A stretch of DNA of 64,000 nucleotides from a virus. Lineage: Duplodnaviria > Caudoviricetes. The stretch's first letter is position 1. Each line of letters opens with the position of its first letter. Below the pieces are notes generated by a model that saw only the letters and a program-made list of their open reading frames with translations, made no database searches and was not told where the DNA came from. Shown here in pieces: positions 10,963 to 21,522 of this stretch. The translations under genes and the position numbers were made by a program. Location: IMG/VR virus record IMGVR_UViG_3300023060_000001, positions 65,543 through 129,542 of that record; one strand, given 5' to 3'.

Positions 10963-12218
10963 GCAATATTAAGTTAAAGAATAACCCTGAGTTAATGGAA
11001 GCAATTGAAAAAGCGTTAAATTCTGGTTCAAGTGTTCGTGGTGTGGCAAGGGATGTGTTGGGGTCGGAGAGCCGAGAGAGTTCAATTCGTGCTGCGATTA
11101 AGCGTGGGGATATCAGTTTAGATACAGAAGAAGAAACAGAAGATACCTTATCAGAAGAGCAAATTGAGGTTTTGTGTGAACACCCTGATTATTCAGTAAG
11201 TAATTTGGCAAAACGTTTACGTAGTGCACAAAGAACTAATAATCAACTACGTAAAGTACAACGTGAGTTGTTTGATGGAGAAGAAGGTGAAACAAAAAGT
11301 ATTGAGGGTGTTATTTCAGAAGTATTACAAGGAGTAACATTAGGCCACAGTTCTACAGTAGTGGATTATAATGAACTCACAGTCAAACCTGCAACTTTAG
11401 AAGTGATGTTGAGTGATTTACAACTAGGTAAGTTGACTAGACATTTTAACAAAGATACCGCAATGAAAGGTTTAAAGCTGTATGGAGAAGGAATATTAAA
11501 AGAGATCTACCAAAAACGTGAAAAGTTTAAAGTAGAGCGTGTAGTGTTTGAACTGCTGGGAGACCTGTGCGAAGACAATACCAAACACGGTATTCAAAGT
11601 GCTATTTCAACAGATTGTGGTTTATCCGAACAAATGGTACTAGCTACCCAAGGTATATGGGAATATATACTTAAACCTCTTGCAGGTTTAGGGGTAGAAG
11701 TAGAGGTTGTTTGTATTGTAGGTAATCATGCATCTTCTACGCACAAAGGGATGGGTAGTTTTAAAGAAGGTAAGTATAGTTATGATTACACCATTTTTAA
11801 AATGTTAGAACAGTTTACAGAGTTATCTGGCTACGATAAAGTGAAGTTCAATATACCAGAAGGTACTTTTGGTCACACTACTATTTACGATAAGCATGTT
11901 ATACTGGAACACGGTTATCATAATAATCACACTGAAAAAGGTATGATTGACCAGATGCGTAAACGAGGCGCTCAGTTAAAAGTGCATCCTACTTATTGGA
12001 GACAAGGGGATAGGCACCATCATATCACTTACGGCCAAGGGGAACAAATCCTGAATGGCGCATTTTTTGGTATTGATACAGAAGGCTTAGAGTACAGTGG
12101 TATTCTAGGTTTCACTAGTGTACCTTCTCAAACGTTGGTTTGGCATACAGAGGAAAAGTGTCAGGGGAAGGCTACGGTTAAAGATGTAGTCAATATTCAG
12201 GTATTTGTAGAAGAATAG
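10959..12218 (+). CDS. Calcineurin-like metallophosphoesterase with N-terminal HTH
   Basis: SDLQLG, GDLCE, GNH, EHG and GDRHH motifs; N-terminal SVRGVARDV helix-turn-helix. Confidence 0.8.
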   Translation: MSNIKLKNNPELMEAIEKALNSGSSVRGVARDVLGSESRESSIRAAIKRGDISLDTEEETEDTLSEEQIEVLCEHPDYSVSNLAKRLRSAQRTNNQLRKVQRELFDGEEGETKSIEGVISEVLQGVTLGHSSTVVDYNELTVKPATLEVMLSDLQLGKLTRHFNKDTAMKGLKLYGEGILKEIYQKREKFKVERVVFELLGDLCEDNTKHGIQSAISTDCGLSEQMVLATQGIWEYILKPLAGLGVEVEVVCIVGNHASSTHKGMGSFKEGKYSYDYTIFKMLEQFTELSGYDKVKFNIPEGTFGHTTIYDKHVILEHGYHNNHTEKGMIDQMRKRGAQLKVHPTYWRQGDRHHHITYGQGEQILNGAFFGIDTEGLEYSGILGFTSVPSQTLVWHTEEKCQGKATVKDVVNIQVFVEE

Positions 12219-12219
12219 G

Positions 12220-13125
12220 ATGTACAAAATACTAGAGGAAGAAAAGAGACCTTGTGGAAAAAGAGATGTAAAGTATGTAAAAGTTCTTTGCACTATACAC
12301 AAGGAAACTTTTTGGATTAAACAAAACCACTTTAAGACAGGTAGTGTAGGTTGTTGTGGCTGTAAGGTCATGACTACTTTAGGTAAAGCTAATAATGTAA
12401 GACACATTAACGAACTTATAAAAGTAAACGCTAATTATATTTTCTGTCCCAATACAGGTAAGTGGGATTATAGATGTAGTGTCTGCGGGTACGAAGGAAG
12501 CTCTTACTTGGATAAACTTAAGATGGGGAAGATTGGATGCAGATGTTCTAAAAATTTCAGATACACTAAAGAAGACCGAGAAAAGCAAATACAAGGACTA
12601 GTTGATAAGGAAGATAATATAGTGGGTTTTTCTTTAGATGTTTATAACACTACTCTAGATAGTTCATTATCCGTTATTTGTTCAGCACATGGTAAGTATA
12701 CTTGTACCGTAAATAATTTTGTAAATCACCACAGCCGTTGCCCTGATTGTGCTAAAGATATTAGTAGTTTTGGGTATTACACTGAAAAGAAGGATATACA
12801 AGACTACTTATATTTATTAAAATTAGAATCTGAGTCGGAATCATTTTTAAAGATAGGCAGATCCTTTAAACCTGAATTGAGAGCTAAGAAGATCGCTAAG
12901 GAGTCAGGGTATAATGTAACCGTAGATAGCTTATTTAGTAGTACCCATGAACAAGTGGTTATGTGGGAAAATAAACTATTAAACGATTTTGAGGGAGTAG
13001 CATATATACCTAATAGGTACTTCAAAGGAACGACTGAGTGTTTTTCATTAGAAGGTTATGAGGAAATTAAAGTTTATGCAGAAAAACTTAAATCTTCCCT
13101 TGACAACAACCCACCCTTCCACTAA
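12220..13125 (+). CDS. Free-standing homing-type endonuclease (Zn-finger repeats + GIY-YIG/T5orf172-like domain)
   Basis: CxxH/CxxC repeats (CSAHG...RCPDC); YLYLL...FLKIGRS...TECF. Confidence 0.7.
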   Translation: MYKILEEEKRPCGKRDVKYVKVLCTIHKETFWIKQNHFKTGSVGCCGCKVMTTLGKANNVRHINELIKVNANYIFCPNTGKWDYRCSVCGYEGSSYLDKLKMGKIGCRCSKNFRYTKEDREKQIQGLVDKEDNIVGFSLDVYNTTLDSSLSVICSAHGKYTCTVNNFVNHHSRCPDCAKDISSFGYYTEKKDIQDYLYLLKLESESESFLKIGRSFKPELRAKKIAKESGYNVTVDSLFSSTHEQVVMWENKLLNDFEGVAYIPNRYFKGTTECFSLEGYEEIKVYAEKLKSSLDNNPPFH

Positions 13126-13128
13126 TAT
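13100..13128 (+). promoter_or_regulatory. Sigma70 promoter
   Basis: TTGACA-17 bp-TAATAT; downstream hairpin GGAAGCTCTT/AAGAGCTTCC. Confidence 0.75.
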
Positions 13129-13195
13129 ACACCTATCGCAACAAGGAAGCTCTTGTCCAAAGTGTTAAGAGCTTCCATTTTAAAAGGAGAGAATA

Positions 13196-13528
13196 ATGTA
13201 CGCAACAGTATACCAAATTTATGATATGTTAGCTGAATTACCAGAAGATAGTGTTTTTGAAAATGGTTTCAATAATGCACATAGCTATCGTGGAAGTTAT
13301 GACAATTTAGCAGTGGAACCTTGTGGTGAAGTATCTGTTACCGAAATGATGGATTGTTTATCAAATGCAATTGGTGAAACGTTCACAGGTTACAAAGGAG
13401 GTGATTTCACAATGGATGGTGGTGAAGAATTATTCCTAGCATATGAAGGATGTTGTGGTTCACGTGTAGAAGGTTATAAATGCACCACAAATGGTTTTGA
13501 ATTAGTTTTAAATGAAAATTATTTATAG
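13196..13528 (+). CDS. Hypothetical phage protein
   Basis: HSYRGSY and FTGYKGGDF motifs; RBS AAGGAG. Confidence 0.75.
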   Translation: MYATVYQIYDMLAELPEDSVFENGFNNAHSYRGSYDNLAVEPCGEVSVTEMMDCLSNAIGETFTGYKGGDFTMDGGEELFLAYEGCCGSRVEGYKCTTNGFELVLNENYL

Positions 13529-13533
13529 GAGAA

Positions 13534-13959
13534 ATGTTTATGAAAATTATCGGAATTTTAATCACTTTTGCAATAGTATGTCTAATCGCACCAACAATCA
13601 TCTATTGTTTATGGGATGACGTTATGGTGAAGTTTTTCAATCTACCAGATGTAACCTTTTTAGATAGTATTTGGATTTCAATTTTATCATCGGTGTTATT
13701 TAAAAGTTCTTACACTAGCAACGATTAATTAGAGGAGAATATAATGAGAATTTTAATGATTTTAATGGGTTGGTTAGGTTTGATATCAGGTAACCTATTT
13801 TGGATTGGTCACGCAATTTACGAATTGATTAAAACCGACCAAGGGTTTTTCACCATTGTAGCAACAAACTTTGGATGGTGGTTACTCCATATGGCAGTAT
13901 CGATCGTACTTTTCGGAATTGGCTTTTACGCTTTTGACCCAACCAAGAAGAAATGGTAA
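13534..13959 (+). other. Two small membrane proteins (13534-13728, 13744-13959)
   Basis: Two TM segments each; RBS AGGAG. Confidence 0.7.
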
Positions 13960-14056
13960 TCCAAAATAATTAAAATTTGTTGCAAATAATCCTTTACAAA
14001 TAATCCCCTTCCTGTAAAATGGAAGTATACCATAAGAAAATAGGAGAATAATATTT

Positions 14057-14941
14057 ATGAAAAAATTCGCAGTGTACAATTTCAAAGGTGATATCCAATT
14101 AAACGAAGAGGTAATCCTTGCTAAAACGGTTAACACCCTTACAAAAGAACAAACCACTTTAGTTTCATTTGATCCACTTTTTGATGAAACGTTTGTACAA
14201 GAGGTAAATGGTTACCAAGTTGCCAAGATTCGATTCACTTCTCGAAAAGAACCAGATAAAACTATTTTAGCAGAACAAACTTCTGCCCACATAGAAGAGA
14301 AAGCTTTACCACAAGATGAAGATACCTACAACGCTGTACAAGAGGAGAAACGCCTTGAGTTAATGCAATACACTGGTTATACTTCAAAAGCTGCTATCGT
14401 GGCTGTGGACAACTCTACGGGCAAAGTGGTGGTTGCAGAAGCACGTAATTTTGCTGATATGATCATGAGCGATTTGTTACCTTGTTTCGAAGGTGATTAT
14501 TCTGAATTGGAATTACTTTCAACAGATCCTGTTGCAACGGAAACTATTCTAACAGGTTTTCTATTAGATGAACGTAAGAATCTTCCTGACCCATTTACTC
14601 TTGTGGAAAAGGTGTCACTTGGTAAGAAAAGTGTTCTTGATAAAAAGCCATCTTCTGCTACAATTAAAGTTTCTAAAACTTACCCAGCAGTGGATGAGAT
14701 TTTATCATTGGTGACAGATTTAGGTAATGTAATTAAAAGTGTCCAGCTCGAATTCGACGGCGTGTTCGAATTCGATGTGACAAACACTTTATCAATCGAA
14801 TCGGTTAAGTTTTTAGAAGATTTAAAATTTAAACCAGATGAGGATACTTCGGAAAGTGTTAACTTTATGACACAGTATCAATTGCAGTTACCAGTAGTGT
14901 TCGATGTGATCAACCGTTTAGAAGAAGTTATTGTAAAATAA
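14057..14941 (+). CDS. rdgC: Recombination-associated RdgC-like protein
   Basis: 294 aa; segment order matches RdgC (FAVYNF start, central coiled coil, AVDNSTGKVVV, IKSVQLEFDGVFEFDV..LSIESVKF); divergent. Confidence 0.65.
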   Translation: MKKFAVYNFKGDIQLNEEVILAKTVNTLTKEQTTLVSFDPLFDETFVQEVNGYQVAKIRFTSRKEPDKTILAEQTSAHIEEKALPQDEDTYNAVQEEKRLELMQYTGYTSKAAIVAVDNSTGKVVVAEARNFADMIMSDLLPCFEGDYSELELLSTDPVATETILTGFLLDERKNLPDPFTLVEKVSLGKKSVLDKKPSSATIKVSKTYPAVDEILSLVTDLGNVIKSVQLEFDGVFEFDVTNTLSIESVKFLEDLKFKPDEDTSESVNFMTQYQLQLPVVFDVINRLEEVIVK

Positions 14942-15002
14942 CATTTGCCATGAAGGTGAGACTTCTATAAGATGGAGTCTCTTATTCTAAAAGGAAACTA
15001 TT

Positions 15003-15774
15003 ATGAAAAAGTTATTCACCTTATTCAACAACTACTACCACAGCAGCGATAATTACTTTACCAAAAGTGATCCTTCCGCAAGTGGCGATTGGTGGCAGGG
15101 GTTATAATTATGAAAGATTTTGAAACTTGGTGGGAAGAAGCTTCTTTTATTGAAGATGACGGATGTTACCAAGAGAAATACCTTGCAGCAGAATCAGCTT
15201 GGGCGGAAAAGGATAATCAACTTAAGGAAGTTATTGAACTTTTGGAAAACTACCCCTGCTGTATGAGTTGTTATCTAACAAAAGAGGAAATGTTTGCTGC
15301 AAGAGATATTAAGGAAAAGTTTATTGAAATTTTGAAAGAGGTATTATTGTGATCACACCAAAAGCACATAAATTAGCAGAAGAATACTTTTCAGAGGAAG
15401 TGTCTAAGCAATTTAAACTGGAATACCATTGGACAAACCTTTGGAGTAGAGAGAGATACTTAACCCGAGAGGAACAGGCTGCAGAAGTGGGGAAACACTT
15501 ATCTGCGATTAGTTCTCCTATTTGGGAAGTGGTGGAATCTATTTTGGACTGTCCAGAAGACTTGGAGAAAGTGGATAACTACACTTACAAGTTTAGTTTT
15601 GGTAAAGTAGAGTTAACTTTCCACAACGTTGATTTTGGGGGTATAGGTATTTATCCTGAAATTTACAACACTGCAGAAGAAAGGACTATTATGGTAGAAG
15701 CTTACCGAGTTGCGAGAAAGTGGATCGGTGGGCAGCAACAGAGAGAAATTTTAAAGGGGGTGTTTAGTGAGTGA
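15003..15774 (+). other. Small hypothetical genes (15003-15107, 15089-15352, 15349-15774)
   Basis: Coupled ORFs with RBSs. Confidence 0.6.
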
Positions 15775-17326
15775 ATTTAGTTTTGTGATGGGTGATGTGC
15801 CTAAGGTGGAAGGTGAGGAAAAACCTTTTGTAAGAGATGATTCAGACAATAAGTTGTTCCCTGAAATTCAGGTGAAAGATATAACTTCTATTATAACAAA
15901 GGATTGTATTGGTTATAAAGATTCTGATACTATGATCTATAAAGCTTGTCAGAATGTAGAACGTAAATTCATAAAAGCGGTAAACATTCACACCAAAGAA
16001 GAAAAAGTCTTAGAAAAAGTTACTGACTTCTGGGGAAGAGGGAAAGCTATTAAAGAGGGTACTGTTCTTTTTGAAATGAATGAGGATAGGGTTTTACTGG
16101 GGGAAGAACCTTGGACAAAAGAAGACTTCGAAATCGTGGATTGCCAAGAACTCAAGTACGATAAAAAGAAGGCTATTGAGCAAGCAAAGATTCAGATCCA
16201 TAAAACTTTAAAAAGAGAACGTTTGCAGTATAGAATCCCCAAGATTGTAATGGTGATTGGAGAGGGTGATAATTTTAGGAACTTTTTACCACTAAATCGG
16301 CCTTACAAAGGTGAAAGGAAGAAAGTGTTACGTCCCCTTATATTAAAAGAGATCAGGGAGTGGGCGGTTAAGGAGATGGGTGCTGTTGAAGCTGAACCAC
16401 GTTGGGATGGTCAGATGGTAGAGGCGGACGACAAAACTGAATACTTCGGTAACATAGGTTTTCGACATTACCTAGAAACAGGTTTGTATAATACTCTTGT
16501 ACTAGCGAGTGATAAGGACGCTGGCGGAAACCCTAAACTTTGGGTGAACCCAGATACCCACGTAGGGGAAAATAATCCCTTGCAAGGTAAGTTTAAAATG
16601 CCACAAGCTATGCAAATACCTTCTAGTAATGAATCAGTAGGTGGCATAGAGAAGTCTTTTAATACGAAAGGGGAATTACAAGGTTTAAAAGGTTACGGTT
16701 TCTTATGGATTCTTTACCAAGGCATCTTAGGAAAAGATCAAGCCGATGCTTATGATGCTCTAGGACATTTAAAAGATTCAGGGTACAACTTAAACTTTGG
16801 AGATGAATCAGCTTATAAAGTTTTAAAGCCTTGTAAAAACTCTAAAGAAGCGCTGCAAGCAGCTATTGATACAGTAGCTAAACTTTTACCTTATGGAGTA
16901 GAATATACAGATTTCAAAGGCGATAAGTATGATGTGGATACACTAACTTACTTAAATACATATTTTCTTACAGCATATATGTTACGCCACGATAAAGATA
17001 AAATGGATCTGTTTACCTTGTGTAAATTGTTCAAAGTAGATACCTCTGCAATTGAAAACAATAATCTTCTAACAGCACCTTATGAAGTGTTCAATGAGGA
17101 TAATGCAGAAACTATAATCGCATCTTATGACAATGTTATTGATCATCTTTTGAATAATAACCTGAAAGCATACAAATCTGGTAAGAAGCAAGACCTAGTG
17201 GACGCAATGGATTCCATTAAAGAAATGTTACTTGAGCAAAGAAAACTTTCTTCGGAAGGTAAGACAAAACTTGTACAAAAGAATAAAGACACTGGCGAAA
17301 TTATTGATTACATTGAAGGAGAATAA
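15767..17326 (+). CDS. 5'-3' exonuclease (FEN/T7 gp6-like)
   Basis: NFR...YKGER, EADD, SDKD and GKDQAD acidic motifs. Confidence 0.8.
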   Translation: MSEFSFVMGDVPKVEGEEKPFVRDDSDNKLFPEIQVKDITSIITKDCIGYKDSDTMIYKACQNVERKFIKAVNIHTKEEKVLEKVTDFWGRGKAIKEGTVLFEMNEDRVLLGEEPWTKEDFEIVDCQELKYDKKKAIEQAKIQIHKTLKRERLQYRIPKIVMVIGEGDNFRNFLPLNRPYKGERKKVLRPLILKEIREWAVKEMGAVEAEPRWDGQMVEADDKTEYFGNIGFRHYLETGLYNTLVLASDKDAGGNPKLWVNPDTHVGENNPLQGKFKMPQAMQIPSSNESVGGIEKSFNTKGELQGLKGYGFLWILYQGILGKDQADAYDALGHLKDSGYNLNFGDESAYKVLKPCKNSKEALQAAIDTVAKLLPYGVEYTDFKGDKYDVDTLTYLNTYFLTAYMLRHDKDKMDLFTLCKLFKVDTSAIENNNLLTAPYEVFNEDNAETIIASYDNVIDHLLNNNLKAYKSGKKQDLVDAMDSIKEMLLEQRKLSSEGKTKLVQKNKDTGEIIDYIEGE

Positions 17327-17584
17327 TTGATGAAAAGTTACACTGCAAAAGATGTAATTGCTACGGTAAAGGGTAAGCCTATTTCAGGAACTTGGGGTCA
17401 TACTTTTGATACACGTAAACCAGAGTATAAAATAATCTCCTCATCAAAAGATATTCCTGAAAATGGTATAGTTTATCAGAATGATTGTGGCTTCTGGTAT
17501 GAGTGGGATTTATCAGGAAAGTGTGAAGATGCGTTGGAAATCCTTTTCCAAACAAATTTAATTTATGTAAAAGAGGGAGAATAA
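17327..17584 (+). CDS. Hypothetical protein
   Basis: RBS AAGGAG. Confidence 0.6.
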   Translation: MMKSYTAKDVIATVKGKPISGTWGHTFDTRKPEYKIISSSKDIPENGIVYQNDCGFWYEWDLSGKCEDALEILFQTNLIYVKEGE

Positions 17585-17588
17585 TATT

Positions 17589-18266
17589 ATGACAAAATTA
17601 TCACGTAGCACCAAAGCAGAGAAAGCAGCAGCAATCCAACAAGTGTACATCACTGCACGAAATATTAATGCTTGTGTCGGAAATGAACTCACTTCTGAAT
17701 ATGAAGATAATCAATTTGCACTGACGGAGAGTGAATTTTTAGAAACGGTGAAAGCCATTGATGAAAATGATATCATTGAATTACATGACGGTCTTGGTGA
17801 TATATTAACAACACTTTCAGAACTAGTGTGTATTGTTGATGGGGATGATTACTTAACCAAGAATGCACCACTTTACCTAAATGACTCTGAGCGAAATGTC
17901 GATGATCTTGTGTACGAAGGTTACCGATTCTTCCGTGAACGTAACTATGTTGATGCGTTGGGTGCTATTGAGGATGCTGTTGATTCTGTGGAAGGTGATA
18001 TTGTTGCTTATTTACATGCGGTGAATAAATCAAACCTTTCTAAATTCCCTGCTGTTGGCACAGTTGACCCAGAAGTAGAAGCGGATAAGATTGAGGAAAA
18101 GGGTCGTTACAAAGATGTGTATTTTGAAGAAGGTGAACTATTAGGTAAACAGGTTTACATTTTCAAGAGTAAGTATGATTCTAAAAATAATGAACGTTTT
18201 CCGAAAGGTAAATATCTTAAGCCAAGTAGTTTCCGTGAACCACAGGAATTATTGGAGGAAATGTAA
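17589..18266 (+). CDS. MazG-like/all-alpha NTP pyrophosphohydrolase
   Basis: ESEFLE...ELHDGLGDIL, VNKSNLSK, GKYLKP. Confidence 0.75.
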   Translation: MTKLSRSTKAEKAAAIQQVYITARNINACVGNELTSEYEDNQFALTESEFLETVKAIDENDIIELHDGLGDILTTLSELVCIVDGDDYLTKNAPLYLNDSERNVDDLVYEGYRFFRERNYVDALGAIEDAVDSVEGDIVAYLHAVNKSNLSKFPAVGTVDPEVEADKIEEKGRYKDVYFEEGELLGKQVYIFKSKYDSKNNERFPKGKYLKPSSFREPQELLEEM

Positions 18267-18738
18267 TGTCATTATTTGAAAAGATTAAAAGTATTGAAGA
18301 AGAGTTGGAAAATTATTCTTACTTAGAAACAACTGAGCACTGCTGGTATAAAAACGAAGATGAAGTTAAATGGGTTGATAAGGAAAACGATGTTTACAGT
18401 GGTGAATATTACCAAAGTGTCTTTGAAAAAGATGATTGTGTTTTGGTAAATATGGATACTGGTTGTGGCGAAACTGTGACTCAAGTTTTCAAAAAGGAAT
18501 TACAACTTACCGAAGATGAATTTTACGATAAGTATGAGGACTTCATGTAATGAATAATAAAACTTTAATAAATACTGCCATTGAAACAAGTGACCTTTTG
18601 TTCTTTGGTGGTAACCTTATAAAACCGTACTCTTTAGAAGGTGATACCCTTTGGTACAGGGATTTGACGGAAAACTATGAAGCTTGTGCTAATATCTCTG
18701 ATGCGGAAATTGTTCCTTATGTAGAAGGGGTGGTATGA
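18266..18738 (+). other. Two small hypothetical genes (18266-18550, 18550-18738)
   Basis: TAATG coupling. Confidence 0.65.
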
Positions 18739-19292
18739 AAACGGATAAGAATCCTTGGGAAACACCAGAAGGTAGGCAGGTTTGGAAGACACCTTCAGAA
18801 TACTTTACATGGTTAAGGGGAGCACTAAGGCGTATTTGGTCAGACTACCCATTAAGGAAAGTTTGGAAGAAAGAGCAACTTCGTCCTGTTACAAAAGAAG
18901 AACGTGCCAATAAGAAATTTCACCCCTCTACTAAGAATGTAGGTGAATGTCATTACTGTAAAGAATGGTTTGCTGGAAGTAAACTGGAATGTGATCATGT
19001 GGAAGAATCGACAGGTTGTAGAAGCTACGAAACTGCTAGTGATTTTTTATGGCATTGTGCGGGAGACAACGGGGATAATTGGGTGCTGGCTTGTAAACCT
19101 TGTCATAAGATTAAATCCCACCAAGAATCTCGTGGGTTTTCTACGTTTGAAGAAGCTGATGCGGATAAACAGGCTATCCTAATTTGTAAAGGCGATGAGA
19201 AGAAGTGGCTATCTTCTAAAGGAGTGGTTCCTGCAAGTAATGCTAAAGCAAGACGTAAACAGGTTTTCGAAGAATTAATGAAACAAATATAA
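18735..19292 (+). CDS. HNH endonuclease
   Basis: CHYC...ECDH...N...LACKPCHKIK. Confidence 0.85.
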   Translation: MKTDKNPWETPEGRQVWKTPSEYFTWLRGALRRIWSDYPLRKVWKKEQLRPVTKEERANKKFHPSTKNVGECHYCKEWFAGSKLECDHVEESTGCRSYETASDFLWHCAGDNGDNWVLACKPCHKIKSHQESRGFSTFEEADADKQAILICKGDEKKWLSSKGVVPASNAKARRKQVFEELMKQI

Positions 19293-19300
19293 ATAAACTA

Positions 19301-19328
19301 TTGACAGCGGAAAGGATTCTGCTACAAT
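19301..19328 (+). promoter_or_regulatory. Sigma70 promoter
   Basis: TTGACA-16 bp-TACAAT with extended TGn. Confidence 0.65.
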
Positions 19329-19357
19329 TACCACATTGAACAAACAGGAGAGTAACA

Positions 19358-19997
19358 TTGAATAAATCGTATAAGCTTTGCAAAACAGCCTCACAACTGA
19401 ATGAGTATACTCGTCAAGAACGGGATTCACGTTGCGGATACTTGGATGAACTTTGGAATAAAGGTGGTGGCTTCCAATCAACAAAGGATGGCCTAAGTGG
19501 ATTTATGCTTCACCCTAGACAAAACACTTTCCGTACAGTGGGTGATTTAGAGAAAGAATTATCTGATGGTCAAGTGGCTGTGTTGAAAGAAACCTCTTTA
19601 GAAAGTATGCAGAAAAGTGATTATTTAGAAGAATTAAACTTTGGAGAAAATGATTATGAATAATGAAGAAAAATTAGATAAATGTATTAACTCTTTTTCA
19701 AATACCTATTACAACTTATTAAAGGGTATTTGTAAAGATATGCCTGTGGCTGCAATTGATTTCGTTTCAGATGAAGCGGATAAGGTTATTAAAAAGGAGT
19801 TGGAAATATTTAAAGATGATAAAGATGTGGAAATGTTGTATCAGGTTTTAGTAAAAGAAAATTTTGAAAGTGTTACTAAAGATTTCAGCAAAAAGATTCA
19901 CACCATTTCAGATAATATGGAAAAAGCTTTAGAAGTTGTTCTTGATGATAATGAAGATTATCTAGAAAAGTTACTAAGTGAAGGTGATGTACATTAA
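19358..19997 (+). other. Two hypothetical genes (19358-19663, 19641-19997)
   Basis: ORFs with RBSs downstream of promoter. Confidence 0.65.
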
Positions 19998-20014
19998 TGG
20001 AAAAGGAGAATAAT

Positions 20015-20950
20015 ATGACAGAAGGTTTCCCATCAGCGAAGGTTGTTGCCCACAGTAAAGCTCCAAATGGAGAAGAATTAATTACAATGGAAATTGAACT
20101 ACATCGGTTTGTGCTTCCTGAATTCAATACTCATAGGTGTTTTTCACGTAACTTTCAATCAAGCAGGGCAGTCCCTGTTAGTAAGATGATTGAACAAGTT
20201 AAGATGAAACCTGCTTTTCCTGTTCACATGGGGGTTAACCAACGAGGAATGGTTGCGGATAAAGAATTGATTGGTGTGGATAAACACAATGCAGAACATG
20301 AGTGGTTAATGGCAGCAAAGAATGCAGCAAAGACCGCAGAGACTATGGATAAGATGGGTATTCATAAACAGGTTGTTAATCGTATACTAGAACCTTTCAT
20401 GAAAACTAAGGGGGTTGTGACTTCTACTAAAGAAGGGTTTGAAAGCTTTTTTAAACTACGTTCTCATAAAGATGCTCAACCAGAGATAAAAGAATTGAGT
20501 GATAAAATGTTAGCTGCTGTTACCAATAGTGATCCTATGGAGTTGAAGTACGGAGAGTACCACTTACCTTATGTTGATTGGACTAGTGATGATGAAAGTA
20601 TTTACTTTATCGGGAATAGTTTTAACATTAAGACAGTAGAAGATGCTATAAAAGTCTCATCTAGTTGCTGTGCTCAGGTAAGCTATCGTGTACTAGATGA
20701 CAGTTTAGAAAAAGCTATAAAGATTTATGATATGTTAAACTTACCTGAAAATGGAGTTTATTCGGAAGATCCTCCACACTTTAGTCCAACAGAACATGTT
20801 GCTAAAGTGGTTGACAACTCTTTCACGGAGGTGTATTCTTCGTCTACAAGGTCAGATGCCGTAGACCAAAGCGGTAACTTTAATAGTGTAGAGTTTATCC
20901 AGTATAGAAAATGTTTGGAATTGGGTAATGAGGATTATTTTATTGGTTAA
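20015..20950 (+). CDS. thyX: FAD-dependent thymidylate synthase
   Basis: EFNTHRCFSRNFQSSRAVP, HKQVVNRILEPF, LRSHKDAQPEI, HFSPTEH; start placed at ATG after AGGAG. Confidence 0.92.
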   Translation: MTEGFPSAKVVAHSKAPNGEELITMEIELHRFVLPEFNTHRCFSRNFQSSRAVPVSKMIEQVKMKPAFPVHMGVNQRGMVADKELIGVDKHNAEHEWLMAAKNAAKTAETMDKMGIHKQVVNRILEPFMKTKGVVTSTKEGFESFFKLRSHKDAQPEIKELSDKMLAAVTNSDPMELKYGEYHLPYVDWTSDDESIYFIGNSFNIKTVEDAIKVSSSCCAQVSYRVLDDSLEKAIKIYDMLNLPENGVYSEDPPHFSPTEHVAKVVDNSFTEVYSSSTRSDAVDQSGNFNSVEFIQYRKCLELGNEDYFIG

Positions 20951-20990
20951 TAACGTTTAAAGGTTAGTAACAATTAACCAAAAAAACCTA

Positions 20991-21019
20991 TTGACAATAA
21001 GAAACCATTATGAGATAAT
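20991..21019 (+). promoter_or_regulatory. Sigma70 promoter of the nrd operon
   Basis: TTGACA-17 bp-GATAAT. Confidence 0.65.
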
Positions 21020-21056
21020 AAGCGCCCAGTTTGAGAATAAAGGAGATTCATTTTGA

Positions 21057-21512
21057 ATGAAGAAGCATTCATTGCGTAAGAATAATAACAATTCAGATAA
21101 AGGGGGTGATGGTAAAAAGTCTCCTCCTACTTGGAAAATAATGGGTTTCCCAAGTGAATATGAGTACACACATCGCAGAATGTATGACCGTCCTGCCAAT
21201 GATGTTTTTGTAGAAGATGAATACGATTTTGATTAAAAAGAAGGAAATATAATTATGACAACAGCGAATATTGAGATGGAAAGTTTGGTAGATTTTAAAT
21301 TGGATAGTAAAGATTTCCCAGAAACGGTGATGCTTCTGCAAAACCATTTAGAAGTTTACAAAGATACACACGGTAGAAAAGCTCCTTATGCGGAAGATTT
21401 CAATAAACTTGTAGGTGATATTCAGGCTGCTTGGGACAAGAAAGAGAGTTACATTTTAGTGAATGCTAAAGAAGCGGAAGATGTTCGTCATATTTTAGTT
21501 AATGGTTTATAA
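21057..21512 (+). other. Two small hypothetical genes (21057-21236, not in track; 21255-21512)
   Basis: RBSs AAGGAG and AAGGA. Confidence 0.6.
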
Positions 21513-21522
21513 GGGGTAGATT

